From positions 63,178,001-63,242,000 of the forward strand of contig CM060733.1 of NCBI GenBank assembly GCA_030704615.1: 64,000 nucleotides of DNA, in the 5' to 3' direction. Source of the DNA: Takakia lepidozioides. Lineage: Eukaryota > Plantae > Bryophyta. The position numbers and the translations under genes were made by a program. Under the pieces are notes generated by a model. The model ran no database searches. It had not been told where the DNA came from and saw only the letters and a list, made by a program, of their open reading frames with translations. Below, piece after piece: positions 40,234-51,917 of this stretch. Numbering within the stretch: the first letter of the stretch is position 1; every line of letters begins with the position of its first letter.

Positions 40234-40479
40234 TAGGAGGTTGGTCCGGATTTGATCACCAACCAATCCTAGAGCGTGCTATCGGTGGTGAGGTTGGGGT
40301 GATGACCAGTTAGACCATCATTGTTTCTCTTATGGTGAGGCTGGGTTGATGACCAGCAGACCATAGGAGTGCTTATGGTGGAGCAGGTGCAGGTGTAGGT
40401 TTATGTTACGAACCTAGTACTAGTCTAAGCCATAGGCCGCAACAAGTTCTCTACCTGGTTACCTTGTGGAGAGGGCATC

Positions 40480-42990
40480 ATGGAGGTGCCACCAGTTGCT
40501 GAGGGGAGTGTCGGTGCGAGCACCAGCGATATTAGTGGGTACACAAGACGAGGTGTGCGGTTTAGGCCACCTTCACCTTCAGTGTCTTCTGAGGAAGGTT
40601 CAGACTCGGAGTCAGGAGGATTCTCGCCGAGGGTGCAAGCCATTTCCGTACCATTGTTGTGGGACACGATGGAGGAGATGTATGGAGCTACCAAGGGGCC
40701 ACGTAGGTACTCTGGAGCTATGGGCACCATCGAGCTTGATGACTTCATACATGAGCTTGATAGTTGGTGTGATTTGCAACAAATGCGCAATCCACAAATG
40801 TTTACACATTTTATGGCGTGGAAGGGGCTATTCCAACACCTTGAAGGGCCGCCCATGGATGATTACCATGAATTTAGGCGGGGAAATGAGGTGGAGATTG
40901 AGGAGTGGTGACAATATTGGTCACCTGACTATGTCTCCATCACTAAAGGCACAACAGCAAAATCCACGGCAACAACGGCAGCAGCTACACGAGCGGAAAA
41001 CAGAGTCAGGATCAGCTGGGACATCCATTACAGCTCCTACCGTTGCACCAACACCTATGTCTGCCTTCAACCCGATTGTGGAAGAGTTGAGAAAGAACTA
41101 CCAGGGGGTGAGAATAGAGAAGTTGTGGAGCTTGTAAGAGTTCCAGCGAAAGCCTACTGAGAGTTTGAGGTAGGCTTACACTCGCATGAGGCGCTTGATA
41201 AATGTAATCCAAGGGGTTACGGAAGCTCAAGCAATTCAATTCTGGTATGGCATATTGGATAAGGAGCTGAGGAGAAGGGTGCGGGATGCAACTCTCCTAC
41301 AAGTGGCCAAACCCACCTTAGCAAATGTGTTTTTTCTAGCCGAGCGGATAGAGCTCAACATGGTGGAGGAGCGGGTGGTTATGGTGGGTTTTGGCAAGGA
41401 GACACAATGAAGTGGGGCTCCTAGCCAACAACAACCAACTCCCCAATGTGCTCAAGGCAACAAGGGGGCTCAAATGAAGCCCAGGGAAGGTCATGAGAGA
41501 GGATCTCAGATGCAAAGGTCTCTTCCTTCATTCTTAGGCCAGCAACTGACGAGTGTGTCATGTTGGGATTGTGGAGGACCTCATGTCAAGAAGGATTACC
41601 CGGAGAGAGGCAAAGGGCCGACACGGGCACAACCTACACAATTGTAGTGTGGGCATTGTGGCAAGTACGGGCATGAGGAGGCCCATTGTTATGACCTGCA
41701 TCTTGAGCTACGACCAAGCCAGTTCCAAGGGAACAATGGTGGCCGAGGACGAGGCAATGTAGTCCAGAGAGGTAGAGGAGGCAGAGGTCGTGGTGGAGGT
41801 CGTAACCAACACCAAAGAGCACAGGGTCAGGGTCAAGGTCATCATCAAGGCATGGTGGGTAGACTTGCCCAGCTAGAGCAACGTCTTGCTGCCATGGCCA
41901 CTACTCATGGTGCGCCAGCTCCAAGGCCTGAGGTTCAAGCTCCACCTGCACAACCTCCTATGCCTAGGGAAGACCAAATTGGTATGGGCTTCATGTGTGG
42001 AGCCGCACTTGCAGGGCCATTGCATGTACCAGACTCTGCTGCTGTTGTCACTCGAGCAGCAACGCGTGCTCCTGAGCCAAGAGGAGCGGATGTGGATTTT
42101 GATCTACAAAGGGGGGAAGCAAGTCGTCAGACAAGGCTTTCACAGTCCTTTACATTGGCTGAGACAGTGCCACCTGCGTCATCAATGGCACCCGCTCGTC
42201 CAAGTATGTCAGAGGTAGAGCCACGAATGTCATTGGGGAGAGTTGGTGTGGCTCAGGAAATGCCAGTGGGTGGTGCTGCAAAGCAAGGTGCAGCCAGTAC
42301 ATTGTTGGGGGTGGCTACAGCGGTTTGTCAAGCTCCATTGTTTTCTGCAATGACCATTGCAATGCCAGGGATTCGGCCAGCTACTGTGTTTAGACTAGCA
42401 GCTAGACTCTGTGAGAGTGATGATGCATCGGCACTATCTGCAGGGATAGTAGATAAGGTGCAGTCTATGGATGCCTTAGATTCGAGGGTGAAGTCAGCCA
42501 CAGCTGCGCCATGGCAAGCGGCAGCTGCACGGTTGCAGGAGTTGTCAGCTATGCCAGCCATTGAGCGCAGCATGGTGACTCCTGGGGTAGTTCTGGTGGA
42601 CAATCAGGATGGAGTGTTTCAGTTGGGTGGCCCAACCGGGAGGAGATATAGGCCACTGCGAGTCTTGTTGGACTCGGGAGCTCAACCATTGATGTTGGGG
42701 AGAGCGGCAATTGCAGGCTTGGGCCTTACAGAGGTGGATTTGGAGCCTTGCTCTTTCCAGATTCAGACGTCTTTAGGTAGGGTTCAGAGAAGGCGTGAGA
42801 GATCACACGTCATGAGCCCTTCATTCGACTACAGCCAGATCATCCTACGGATGGCTTAGTCATGAGAGCCAAAGCCATTGTTACGGACGCGATGTCATAC
42901 GACGTACTTGTTGGTGGGGCAGTGTTGTACCCCATGGGATTTACTTTGGACTTTTGGGAGGAAACGACATCCTACAGGCTGGAGTGGCTC
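40480..42990 (+). mobile_element. Ty3/Gypsy-like gag plus aspartic protease, decayed
   Basis: Gag-like capsid segment; zinc knuckle CGHCGKYGHEEAHC at ~41648-41689; protease motifs VLLDSGA at ~42663 and YDVLVG at ~42898. Stops and frameshifts present. Confidence 0.8.
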
Positions 42991-43284
42991 CTGAGGGATG
43001 GTGGTTTGGGGTGGTAAGCTCTTGGAGGGCAATAGCCATGCAGATGATAGGCCACCACCTGATGAGGACAAGCAATTAACATACAAGGCTGAGTTGCTTC
43101 CTCATGTGCCTGTGCATAGCTCACTGTGGGGTATAGTTAGGAATTTGTATCGAGTAGCAGGCGAGTGTGTGCAACAAGCATGGCAGGAGGCCTTTCCATT
43201 GGTGGGTGAGGGGAATTCAGTGACATCATCTGGACCTCTTCAGTTAGCTCCATTGGACACAGTGCCCATTACCTGGCAACCAAC

Positions 43285-43548
43285 TGACTCAGGGATTTGT
43301 TTGCTAGACCTGTTTGGAGGCACTAGGCTTGCAGGAGTGTTGCAAGCTGGGATTAAAGAACGAAAGTACTTGTATGTGGAGAAAGATGAGACAGCTCAGT
43401 GTATTTCTATGCGCCACGTTGTCTTGCTCACACACCAGTATCCTGAGTTGCTGCCTGTCTTAGCCATTCAAGGGTACCAAAAGGCCTTACCAGAAGACAT
43501 TACCATGTTGGGGGCGGAGGATTTGGACCGGCATGGTCCCACCGACTT
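43285..43548 (+). pseudogene. N-terminal part (motifs I-III) of a DNMT3/DRM-like C5 cytosine methyltransferase in the retroelement pol region, truncated by an insertion
   Basis: LLDLFGG..LAGVLQAGIKERKYLYVEKD...EDITMLGAEDLDRHGPTD parallels the DNMT3 pattern VLSLFDG..GI.V..Y.ASE...DVR.I....I..WGPFD. Confidence 0.75.
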
Positions 43549-44240
43549 CACTAGAAGAAAAAACGGCTTTTTCCACGGCTTTTTTCACACTTTTTTCCGT
43601 GGAATCCGCCCCAGTCCACACCTGCCGTGGGTGTAAGAAACGACGAGTGCTTTCGGACACCCCGTGGATGGCCTGGCTCTCGGGTGGCCCTGTGGAAAAG
43701 TCCACGGGTTGCTGAATCCACGGGTGGCCTTTTTCACGGGGTTCATGGCTTTTTCCACGAGCGACGTGTGCTTTGGCGAACACCGCCACGTGGATCGTAG
43801 ATGTACAAAGGTGTGGACTTGTCCACACCTATGGGAAAACCATGCGACTGCCTGTCACCAGGGTTTCACGACATCTGGGCAACGGTGTGTGCAACACGTG
43901 TATTTTTGTGGGGATGACACATGTATGGAGACAAAGAGGCGATGTGCACTTATGTGGAGCGGACATCTGGCGTGGCATGTGGGTGTGAAAAAAGCCATTC
44001 GGTGTGAGACCATCCACTGGCTGTTTTCACAGCTTCAGCAAGTTTGGGGCCACGTGTTCCGTGGCAAACACCGCCACGTGGATCCTAAATGTACAAAGGG
44101 TGTGGACTTGTCCACACCTACGGGAAAATGATGCGACACCCTATTACCTGGGCTTGACGACATGTGGGCAACGGTATGGGCAACCCGTGTATTTTGGAGA
44201 GGACGGCACGTGGCGTAATCTGCATGGAGTGGGTGTGTAG
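43549..44240. mobile_element. CACTA-type terminus with subterminal repeats
   Basis: Starts CACTAGAAGAAAAAACGGC. Direct and inverted TTCCACGG/CCGTGGA motifs follow. Homologous termini occur at 55927 and 60042. Confidence 0.85.
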
Positions 44241-44799
44241 TATTTTACTGCCTATATTGTAGGTCATTCCACATAGCCACAGGAGCATACCATAGTGGGT
44301 CTGAAATATTCTACTGCTGATGTTGTAGGTCATTCCACAAAAATGTGGAAGATGCCACAGGCAAGCTACGGTTGATTTCACATATTTGTGACGTCATGGT
44401 GTGCACAATTATTCCATAGGCATCATGATCATATCACAAATCGTGATACTGTCCACACTGTCAGTTTCACAGTCCATGTGAAATATGACTCATATACATA
44501 AACACAATTCCAAAGCACCGCGGCAACAACCTGCTCATGACATGTACAATTGACTAAGCATGGCCAGAACAACAGAAAGAATGACCAGATGCAAGGGTGC
44601 TTCAAAGTTGGGTACGCCCTTCATTGCCCAAATAAAGTTTAGTCTGAACATGCAAGTATTGCAGAGTCTGCACTGTTGATCACAACCCCACAATGTACCC
44701 AAATCCTACATTGATGCGCACAATCACGAAAAAAAAGTGAAATCGATATGAAGTGGCGTTCAGTCAAAATTGCCTTCAAATTGAGGATCCCCCACAACC

Positions 44800-45731
44800 T
44801 CATGTTCGGGTCAGTTTGAGGAACTTGGCAGACCACAGGGCCGTGCTGCCTACAGTGTCACTGAGCATCACAATGGGAGGCCTAACATCATTGTTGGGGT
44901 ATGGTAGAGCAACATCTGCCCCATGTACTGATTCAACCAAGACAACATGATAATCGGCATGAACGACATAAGCCAGCCAGTCAGTCGACATGCCCAATAT
45001 ATGGCCCACGCCTGCCTTCCGTTTGGGTGCATTGGGGTCAAACATTGTGACCTTGTCACCAACCTGAAACTGGGACAGCCAACACCACCAATGTGTGCCC
45101 TTGTCATTTGTTATGCACATGCAACAGTTATGGACAGGGAAAACGCGAGATGCCATCATATAGCCCTACAAACAAAATACGGATGTACTTCCACGAAGGA
45201 AAACTTACAACAGGTGCCGGCGCTTTGAAGCTTCCCATACGGCTCCCATCAACGTTGCTGGCAGCAAGTCTTGCGGACTTCTTCCTCATCTTCACCGCAA
45301 CAATTTCCTTTGGTGGCTTCTGAATCAGTAGAAACCCACACATGTACACAGAAGTCAGGAACGGCCTGCAGGTATTGCATAATCGACTTGGAACAGCACA
45401 AGAATATAGGAACACAAGTACTTACCTTCCGTACAATGGCCAATTTTGTTGTTGAATCAATGTTCTTCCCTGCCCCAACAATAACCACTCCTGTGCCCTT
45501 AGCCCCTGCCCCTATGTCTTGGGCACTCTGTCTAAGTTCACTGCCGGTGTGATCCTCCACTACAGGCACTCCCTTCTCAATAAGGGGGGATAGGTCATCA
45601 TTGGCACCATAATTAAGGCAAGGATCGTCACATGCCATGTTCTGAACTTTGTCCTCACCTGTGGCATCTTCTTCCACAATACTGCCCCCTTTCCTTTGTC
45701 CACTGCCTCCACTGCTAGGAGGCTGCTCACC
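44800..45731 (-). CDS. Spliced CACTA ORF2/TnpA-like gene with a Tnp1/En-Spm-like C-terminal domain; 5' end unresolved
   Basis: Last exon reads FQVGDKVTMFDP..AGVGHI..HVVLVESV..DVALPYP..LSDTVGSTALW. Upstream exons at ~45208-45322 and ~45425-45731 have GTAAG donors. Confidence 0.6.
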
Positions 45732-46083
45732 TGTACTTGTGGATGTTGAATGGTGGAAAACATTCTTGAATGGAGGATGCATGAATACACAATAGATGAA
45801 TGCACAATGGATATGACATGAGTGTGAGGGGTTGAGGGGATGGATTCATGAAGATTGACATTTGAATCCGAGTAGATTGTTTGAATCACCTTTTTTTCTG
45901 CCGGAACAAATGCAATGAGGCAAGGGAATTCAATGAGTTCCGAATAGGATATAAATTGAACAAAATAAATGCGAAGTTCATAACCCAAAATCCTTTCTCG
46001 CACTGGAAGCCTTTGTACAATGAAATTCTCTAGGTGGAGAAATGTCCATTCAACTTCATATTTGGAATTGGAGAAACAGAAAA

Positions 46084-46897
46084 GTGATGGTCGGTGTCGA
46101 CCATCGCCTACAAGTCCATTTCTATGCTCTATATCTCATACAATGAAATGCAGAATTCTGTTGGGAAGTGATGATCGGTGCCGACCATCACATCCAGACG
46201 TCATGGGTTGTGCTTCCCAAGGCAGTCTGATTGTGATGATCGGTACCGACCATCACTGTTTGAACGGTTTGGCAATACACCAGAATCCATAAAAGGAGAC
46301 CAAGTTCAGTGGGTGAAAGAAGGGATTCTGACTAAGAGTGATGATCGGTGCCGACCATCACACTCAGACGTCATGGGGTTCGCTTCCTAATGCAATCTGA
46401 TTGTGATGATCGGTACCGATCATCACTTTTTGAACAGATTGGCAATGCACTAGAATCCAAGAGAGGACATCAAGTTCAATGTGTGATAGAGGGGATTCTG
46501 ACTTATAGTGATGATCGGTGCCGACCATCACATTTAGACCTCATGGGTTGTGCTTCCCAAGGCAGTCTGATTGTGATGATCGGTACCGACCATCACTTTT
46601 TGAACAGATTGGCAATGCACCAGAATCCAAAAGAGGACATCAAGTTCAATGAGTGATAGAATGGGTTCTGACTTCTAGTGATGATCGGTGCCGACCATCA
46701 CATTTAGACCTCGTGGGTGTTTGCATCCCAATGTTGTCTTGTGGTGATGTGCGGTACCGACCATCGCTTGCATCATCCTGATGGTCGGCACCGATCATCG
46801 CAGTCTAGTGAGAACGGAGTCAAGGTGCATTGGGAAACCTAGTAGGATTTCCATTCATTTGTTAGAAGACAAGGTGATGGTCGGTACCGATCGTCAT
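46084..46897. repeat. Array of 11 copies of a 24-bp palindrome GTGATGRTCGGTRCCGAYCATCAC, with a 170-bp higher-order period
   Basis: Copies start at 46084, 46168, 46233, 46338, 46403 (perfect palindrome), 46508, 46573, 46678, 46744, 46778 and 46874. Confidence 0.92.
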
Positions 46898-46986
46898 TGT
46901 GTTAAAATGTCTGTTTTCCTGAACACCAGTTGAATGTTGATGTTGTGGCGGTTTTGGGTATGTAGAAGAATGTAAAGTCCAAGTAG

Positions 46987-49900
46987 GCAGAAACAGATGC
47001 AAAAGGCTCTGGAGAAGGGGACGACTCCACAAAGAGTTCTGAGAACAGCGAAGACACTGACGAGCCTGAATTGCACTACCTTGACAAGGTGAAACAACTT
47101 ATGTCATATCAAAAGGTAAATTCCCAGGAGGTTATTAGGGACATGATCGTCTCTGGAGGACGTCTTGAAATCCCTCTCTGTCGGATGATCTCCATGCCTG
47201 TTGTTCGTCCTCCACTTTCGCATGACATTACCAAGTTGGAAACAGATTTCGTGCACGGGTATAGAATGGGTGCACAAGTTTTTTACGTCTCACTGAAGGA
47301 TACTAATGGTCACAGCACAAAAGTGAGCCCAAAGATTACGGACAACTAGGATGATTGCTGGAAGGATGTGAATGACAAGTTCAAAGACTCTCTGCTGCTT
47401 GGACATAACACCCAGCAGTTCTGCAACCACATGTTCTATGTTTGGGACGGGAACCATCGCTTGCTAGCTTGGATGGGGTACATTGCGAAACACCATTCAA
47501 AAGACAAGGACAAGCATTGTGCTGTGGAGGAAATGGTTCTAGATCCTGGGAACGACATCGCCAGACTTTTGACAGCTATGCATGACGTGAACAAGTAGGA
47601 CTTCCTCAGAAACCCATAGCCTTTCAAATTGCATGTTGTGCGCATTTCAAGTCCAAACGTTAAATATTTCGTACGTATGCAATGTATTCCCTGTTTGCAG
47701 ATCGACAGAGAAATCACATGTTACTACGAGCCTGGTCCACACACTATTCCGCATTCAGAGAATTGGTTTGATGAAGCTTGATGAGTTCCGCACAGTGCTA
47801 CATCCTGATGTCATCAAGAAGTGCGAAACAGGAAGATCTGCAGGGACCTGGTACTCATTGACCCGAGATGCATTTTTGGAGTACATGTATGCGGTATGGC
47901 CCAAACCACTTCTTCCTATGTTATTACATACAAATTTGCAATTGTATGTCTGCTAATCCAATCGTTGATACTTGCAGCAAGAACTGGCAGAGGCCGCCGA
48001 GAGGGGGAAATCTGAGTACTACCGCACTACAGCAGAAGAGTTGAGGACTGCTAAAGGAGTTGGAGCAGCCATAAAGAAGGAGTACGAGATAAGGAGAACG
48101 AAGCTGATGTCGGCCTTCCTGAAGCAATTGAGAATAGTGGATCCCGGACTTGGGGAGGAGTTCCTTCTCCAAATCAAGTCCCACTACGACAAGCATGTAC
48201 ATCCAGAGATGCAACAGGAGAAATTGCACAGGCTGGCTCTCTCTATGGTTGACAACCAGACAAAAGTGAGATGGCTTGAAATTTGGAACTCGGATCAGAC
48301 GGTGAAGGATCTGAATCAGTTCCCAAAAAGCACAATCCAGCCTGGCACCAAGGTCGAGGGAATAAGTGATATTGTTTTTGATCAGTGGCTTCACAAGGCC
48401 ACATTTTGGAGTCAGGTATTTGTGGATTCAAGTACCTGTTGTATATGAAATATCCTATAGCTTTGTCATGCGCAATTCTGATACATGTTCCCATTGCAGC
48501 TGGAGAAACGCGCCATTCTTGTCCTGGAGCAGAATTTGAAGGACTTGAATATTTCGATGGTCTCACCACCACAGATGACCTTGGAGGCGTACATTAGAAA
48601 GTGGAAAGGTCTCACGTGGCGGTACTGTTTGTTCCGAGAGTTCTCCAAGGATGGCAACATATTGAGGTCGAACGATTTCGACAGTCAAGTTGGAGGGGAG
48701 TGGGCGATGATGCGTGTTGTTTACAGGTGCAGTGCTATATGCCTATCCAGCACATTCTTTAAACTTTTGTCATGCCTCATTGAGAGAAGCTTTGTATTTC
48801 TTTTCTGTTACAAAGCAGTTTGGTGATGGTCGGTACCGATCATCACATCCACTGCTATGATATTCTCCAGTCCAACAGTTGTCACTGCTGATCATGTCTT
48901 TGTTTCCATCCTTAATCCTGCCTCTGTTATCATAGGCAGTCTGTTTCTGATGAATGAAGTGATGGTCGGTTCCGACCATCACATTTCCCATTTGTGCAGT
49001 CTACATAATCATAAGGATTTTCCAACCCATGTTGCATTCTCTCTCATGTGAAAGTGATGATCGCCACCGATCATCACTTTCTTCTGCTTTCTGATATCTT
49101 GTTTTGGGGGATGGTGTTATTTTGAGCCTCCGTAGGTACACTAAATATGTGTTGATGGAAGGAAAACACCTGAGTGGAATCCCAGATTACCTGGACATGT
49201 GGTCCGATCCTGCCAACGATCCCACCATGTACACAGCTGGTATCTTGAGGGACTGGAGTCCTGCCCACTTCAGGGACTGTGGATGGTACCTCGAGTGCCC
49301 TCCAGAGCACACGACATTTCAAGAGCAGCAAATGAAGTATATGAACAACCATGCGGAGATGCTAGCACCTTTGAACGACGAAGAGTACCAGAGGAACATT
49401 GCTTCATTGGCCGCGAAGGAGCCAGACGCGCAGGCAACTCCAGAGAAAGGCAGGAAGGCGGGTCAAAAGGGGAAAGATCCAAAGGCTCCGGAGGTAGTAG
49501 CCAAGTCACCTGGGAAGCCTAAGGACAAAGAGAAGGAGAAGGCTAAGGGGAAGGAGAAGGCGAAGGAGAAAGAGACGGAAAAGGAGAAAGGTGAGGACAA
49601 GGAGAAAGATGAGACCGCTGGGAGGTACACCCTCACTGTTCAATGTCCATTCGATGCCAAGCCACACCCTTCCCGTGCGGACTTGGCAGGGCAGATCAAG
49701 ATTGTGAATGAGGGATGGCTGGCGATGATGGAGACTCGAAGAAAGAGTTACTCGGGGGTGCCATCACCAACTTGGGATAACATGATTTCATTTCTTAATC
49801 TGGTAACATGGGACTTTCGAATTTTGTGTATGCCAATGTAGATGATGGTTTCTGTTGGGACCCTCATTTCTGTTTGACTTGAAATTATACCGGTATGCTG

Positions 49901-51005
49901 CAGGTGAGCAATGGTCCCTCATTTGTATGCGGTGTTCAAAAACCCTTTGCCGCTGACATGGTCATCCTTGACATCCCAGACGGCCTGCCTGTCCCCGACG
50001 TTCCTCCAAAGGGAAAGACTCCATCCTGGAACAGATTCGATGAGAACTACTGGAGTTGGGTATTCGGCTTCTGCAATAATTTCCTTTCAGATGCAGGAAT
50101 GCTTTTGCTCTTCCAGTCATGTGATAAGGATAGTCGTAAGGGTCTGGCATCATACATGAAGTCGTCTGGGTTCAAAATTCTGAGGACATGGAATTGTGTG
50201 AACATCCTGTACCTTCTGAAAGGTGGTTGCCCTGGACAGCTGGTATGGCACCGCCCTACTCTGAACTGTTTCCCAATGTCTTTTCAGTTGTTTCTGCTGG
50301 CTTGCTCTACCACCATATGTGATGATCGGCACCGATCATCACAAAAACATTCCATTGTAGTTTACATTTGCAGTCCATGTTCTGTTCTTTCCTGCACCAG
50401 AATTTCTTTCGAATTTCTATGTCTCACTCCTACCTTGCATCTTTGCCAGACAAGGATGTTTGAGGCAATCTGCCTGAGGCGGATTCGCACTTCCAAAACA
50501 CCTTCATCCGTTCGCAGCTTTGAAATTTCCGACCAGGGGTGTTTTGTCAACCCCCCATATGAACCGCATGTGGATGACATGCTGCACAATTTCATGCACT
50601 CCAGTCAGACAGCCAAAAGACCAGACGGGTTTCCGTGGAGAGGTGCAAGGGAGAGAGCCCCAGCGTTCATGCAGACGCTCTTGGAGTCATGCAGCCACCA
50701 TTCTGCAAGGGTGGTCGACCTCACACTATCCACAGGTTTGTTGGTTCAATACTGTTTCCAATCTGAAGATCTTCCAGTTTGCATCCAATTTTGCATCCTC
50801 TACAACCTTCTTGAGGCTTTTTGTCTTGGCAAGTGCGACTTACCGTGCTTGCAAGGTTGGTGGGAGAAGCCTTTTTGGCATGGAGGGCGACACCGATTTG
50901 TGCATGAACTCGGCTGGCACTATTTGGTTACCTACGCTCACTGCTCCAGCCGTCGCTGCGACTGCGACGACCTCACTCTCACTTCCTACATGCTCTTCTG
51001 CTTGA
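46987..51005 (+). pseudogene. Spliced ParB/Srx-like plus beta-class N4/N6 DNA methyltransferase-like fusion gene (about 8 exons, about 970 aa), with lesions
   Basis: ParB-type DGNHR at 47446-47460; motif IV-like DMVILDIPDG at ~49955-49984; motifs X-I-II ERAPAFMQTLLESCS..VVDLTLSTG/ATYRACKVGGRSLFGMEGD. Exons: ~46987-47594, 47701-47893, 47978-48415, 48500-48726, 49136-49802, 49904-50242, 50450-50735, ~50833-51005. Stop at 47347; last acceptor is AA. Confidence 0.75.
48823..50342. promoter_or_regulatory. Four dispersed intronic copies of the 24-bp palindrome (candidate protein-binding sites)
   Basis: At 48823, 48959 and 49054 (intron 48727-49135) and at 50319 (intron 50243-50449). Confidence 0.7.
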
Positions 51006-51917
51006 TCTGTCTCCAAGTTCACATGCTGCCTAAGCGCTGCACCATCTTGCATGCGACGCCTCGTCATTTGCTCTCTTGATCTCAGCCTCTCTCTAACCAA
51101 TGTAAAATACAATGATTTCCTCCTCTTCCGAATCGAACAAGGAACCCTCTCCAACTTGACTTCCTCTCTTCCTCTAAGAAACAAGAATGATGAACAGACT
51201 CGCTTTCTTCCGGGGTCCCTTCGTTTTGGAAGTGTCCCTGGAACCGTTCGATTCCCTCTTGCGTGTCCAATACTTGAACGTACGTGACAGTGAAAATAGC
51301 GTAACCTATTTGGGACAGCTGTTTCTTTGCGCGGTTGTTTTGGGTTCTTGGCGTGTGCAAACATAAATTTGACATGTGTCTTTTTTGTGACGGCTTCATT
51401 AATATCACCGTTGGACGTCATGGATGAGAATTCTCGAAGTACTTGCCATGAGACCTACTTAGGATTTAACGGAATATGCGTACGTGGAGAGTTCTGGGCC
51501 CAGGGATTGCATGATCTTGAAACCATCCACATGATCAGACATACTGGATATAGTCATGGCCTGACAAATGAACTAATTACTTCAATTCTCTTCCCATCAT
51601 CCCTGCATGGGATCCTCAGGCTGTCTTCAAGGAAGTCGGCGGGTTTTTATTGTTTTGGGGAGACCCCCACAACTAGATGGATTATCTGTCAGCATTGCTC
51701 AGAGACAATACAGACTGCATGTCACATACGTTAATTTGACGGTGACTTGTCAGGAACCGTCCCACATTGATTAGATGGAATATCATAATATGCACAATCT
51801 TCAAGGAACGGGTGCTTCCGCCTCATTTCATGTGCAATCAGTGTGTTGCATAGCTGAATCATTTGATTTCGCAAAGGAGCAGCTGAGGAAAGAGAACCCC
51901 CCGCTCGAGGACGTAAC

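Noticed and set aside
40234-40260. PBS for the Gypsy-like element (TGGTCCGG...)
   Set aside because: I could not match it convincingly to a tRNA 3' end, and the LTR boundary is unconfirmed.
46672-46680. CTTCTAGTG as the partner TIR of 43549
   Set aside because: It is a variant position in the 170-bp repeat (other copies read CTAAGAGTG and CTTATAGTG), and the match does not extend.
46084-46897. CRISPR array
   Set aside because: The repeats are palindromic, but the spacers are themselves repeated with a 170-bp period, lengths alternate 41/81 bp, there are no cas genes, and the context is eukaryotic.
46987-51005. Bacterial or phage contamination as the source of the ParB-MTase gene
   Set aside because: The frame needs several phase-compatible GT-AG introns and is contiguous with plant transposon sequence.
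49895-51079. The 394-aa ORF as a standalone protein
   Set aside because: It reads through two probable introns, and the MTase motif continues in a different frame after 50735.
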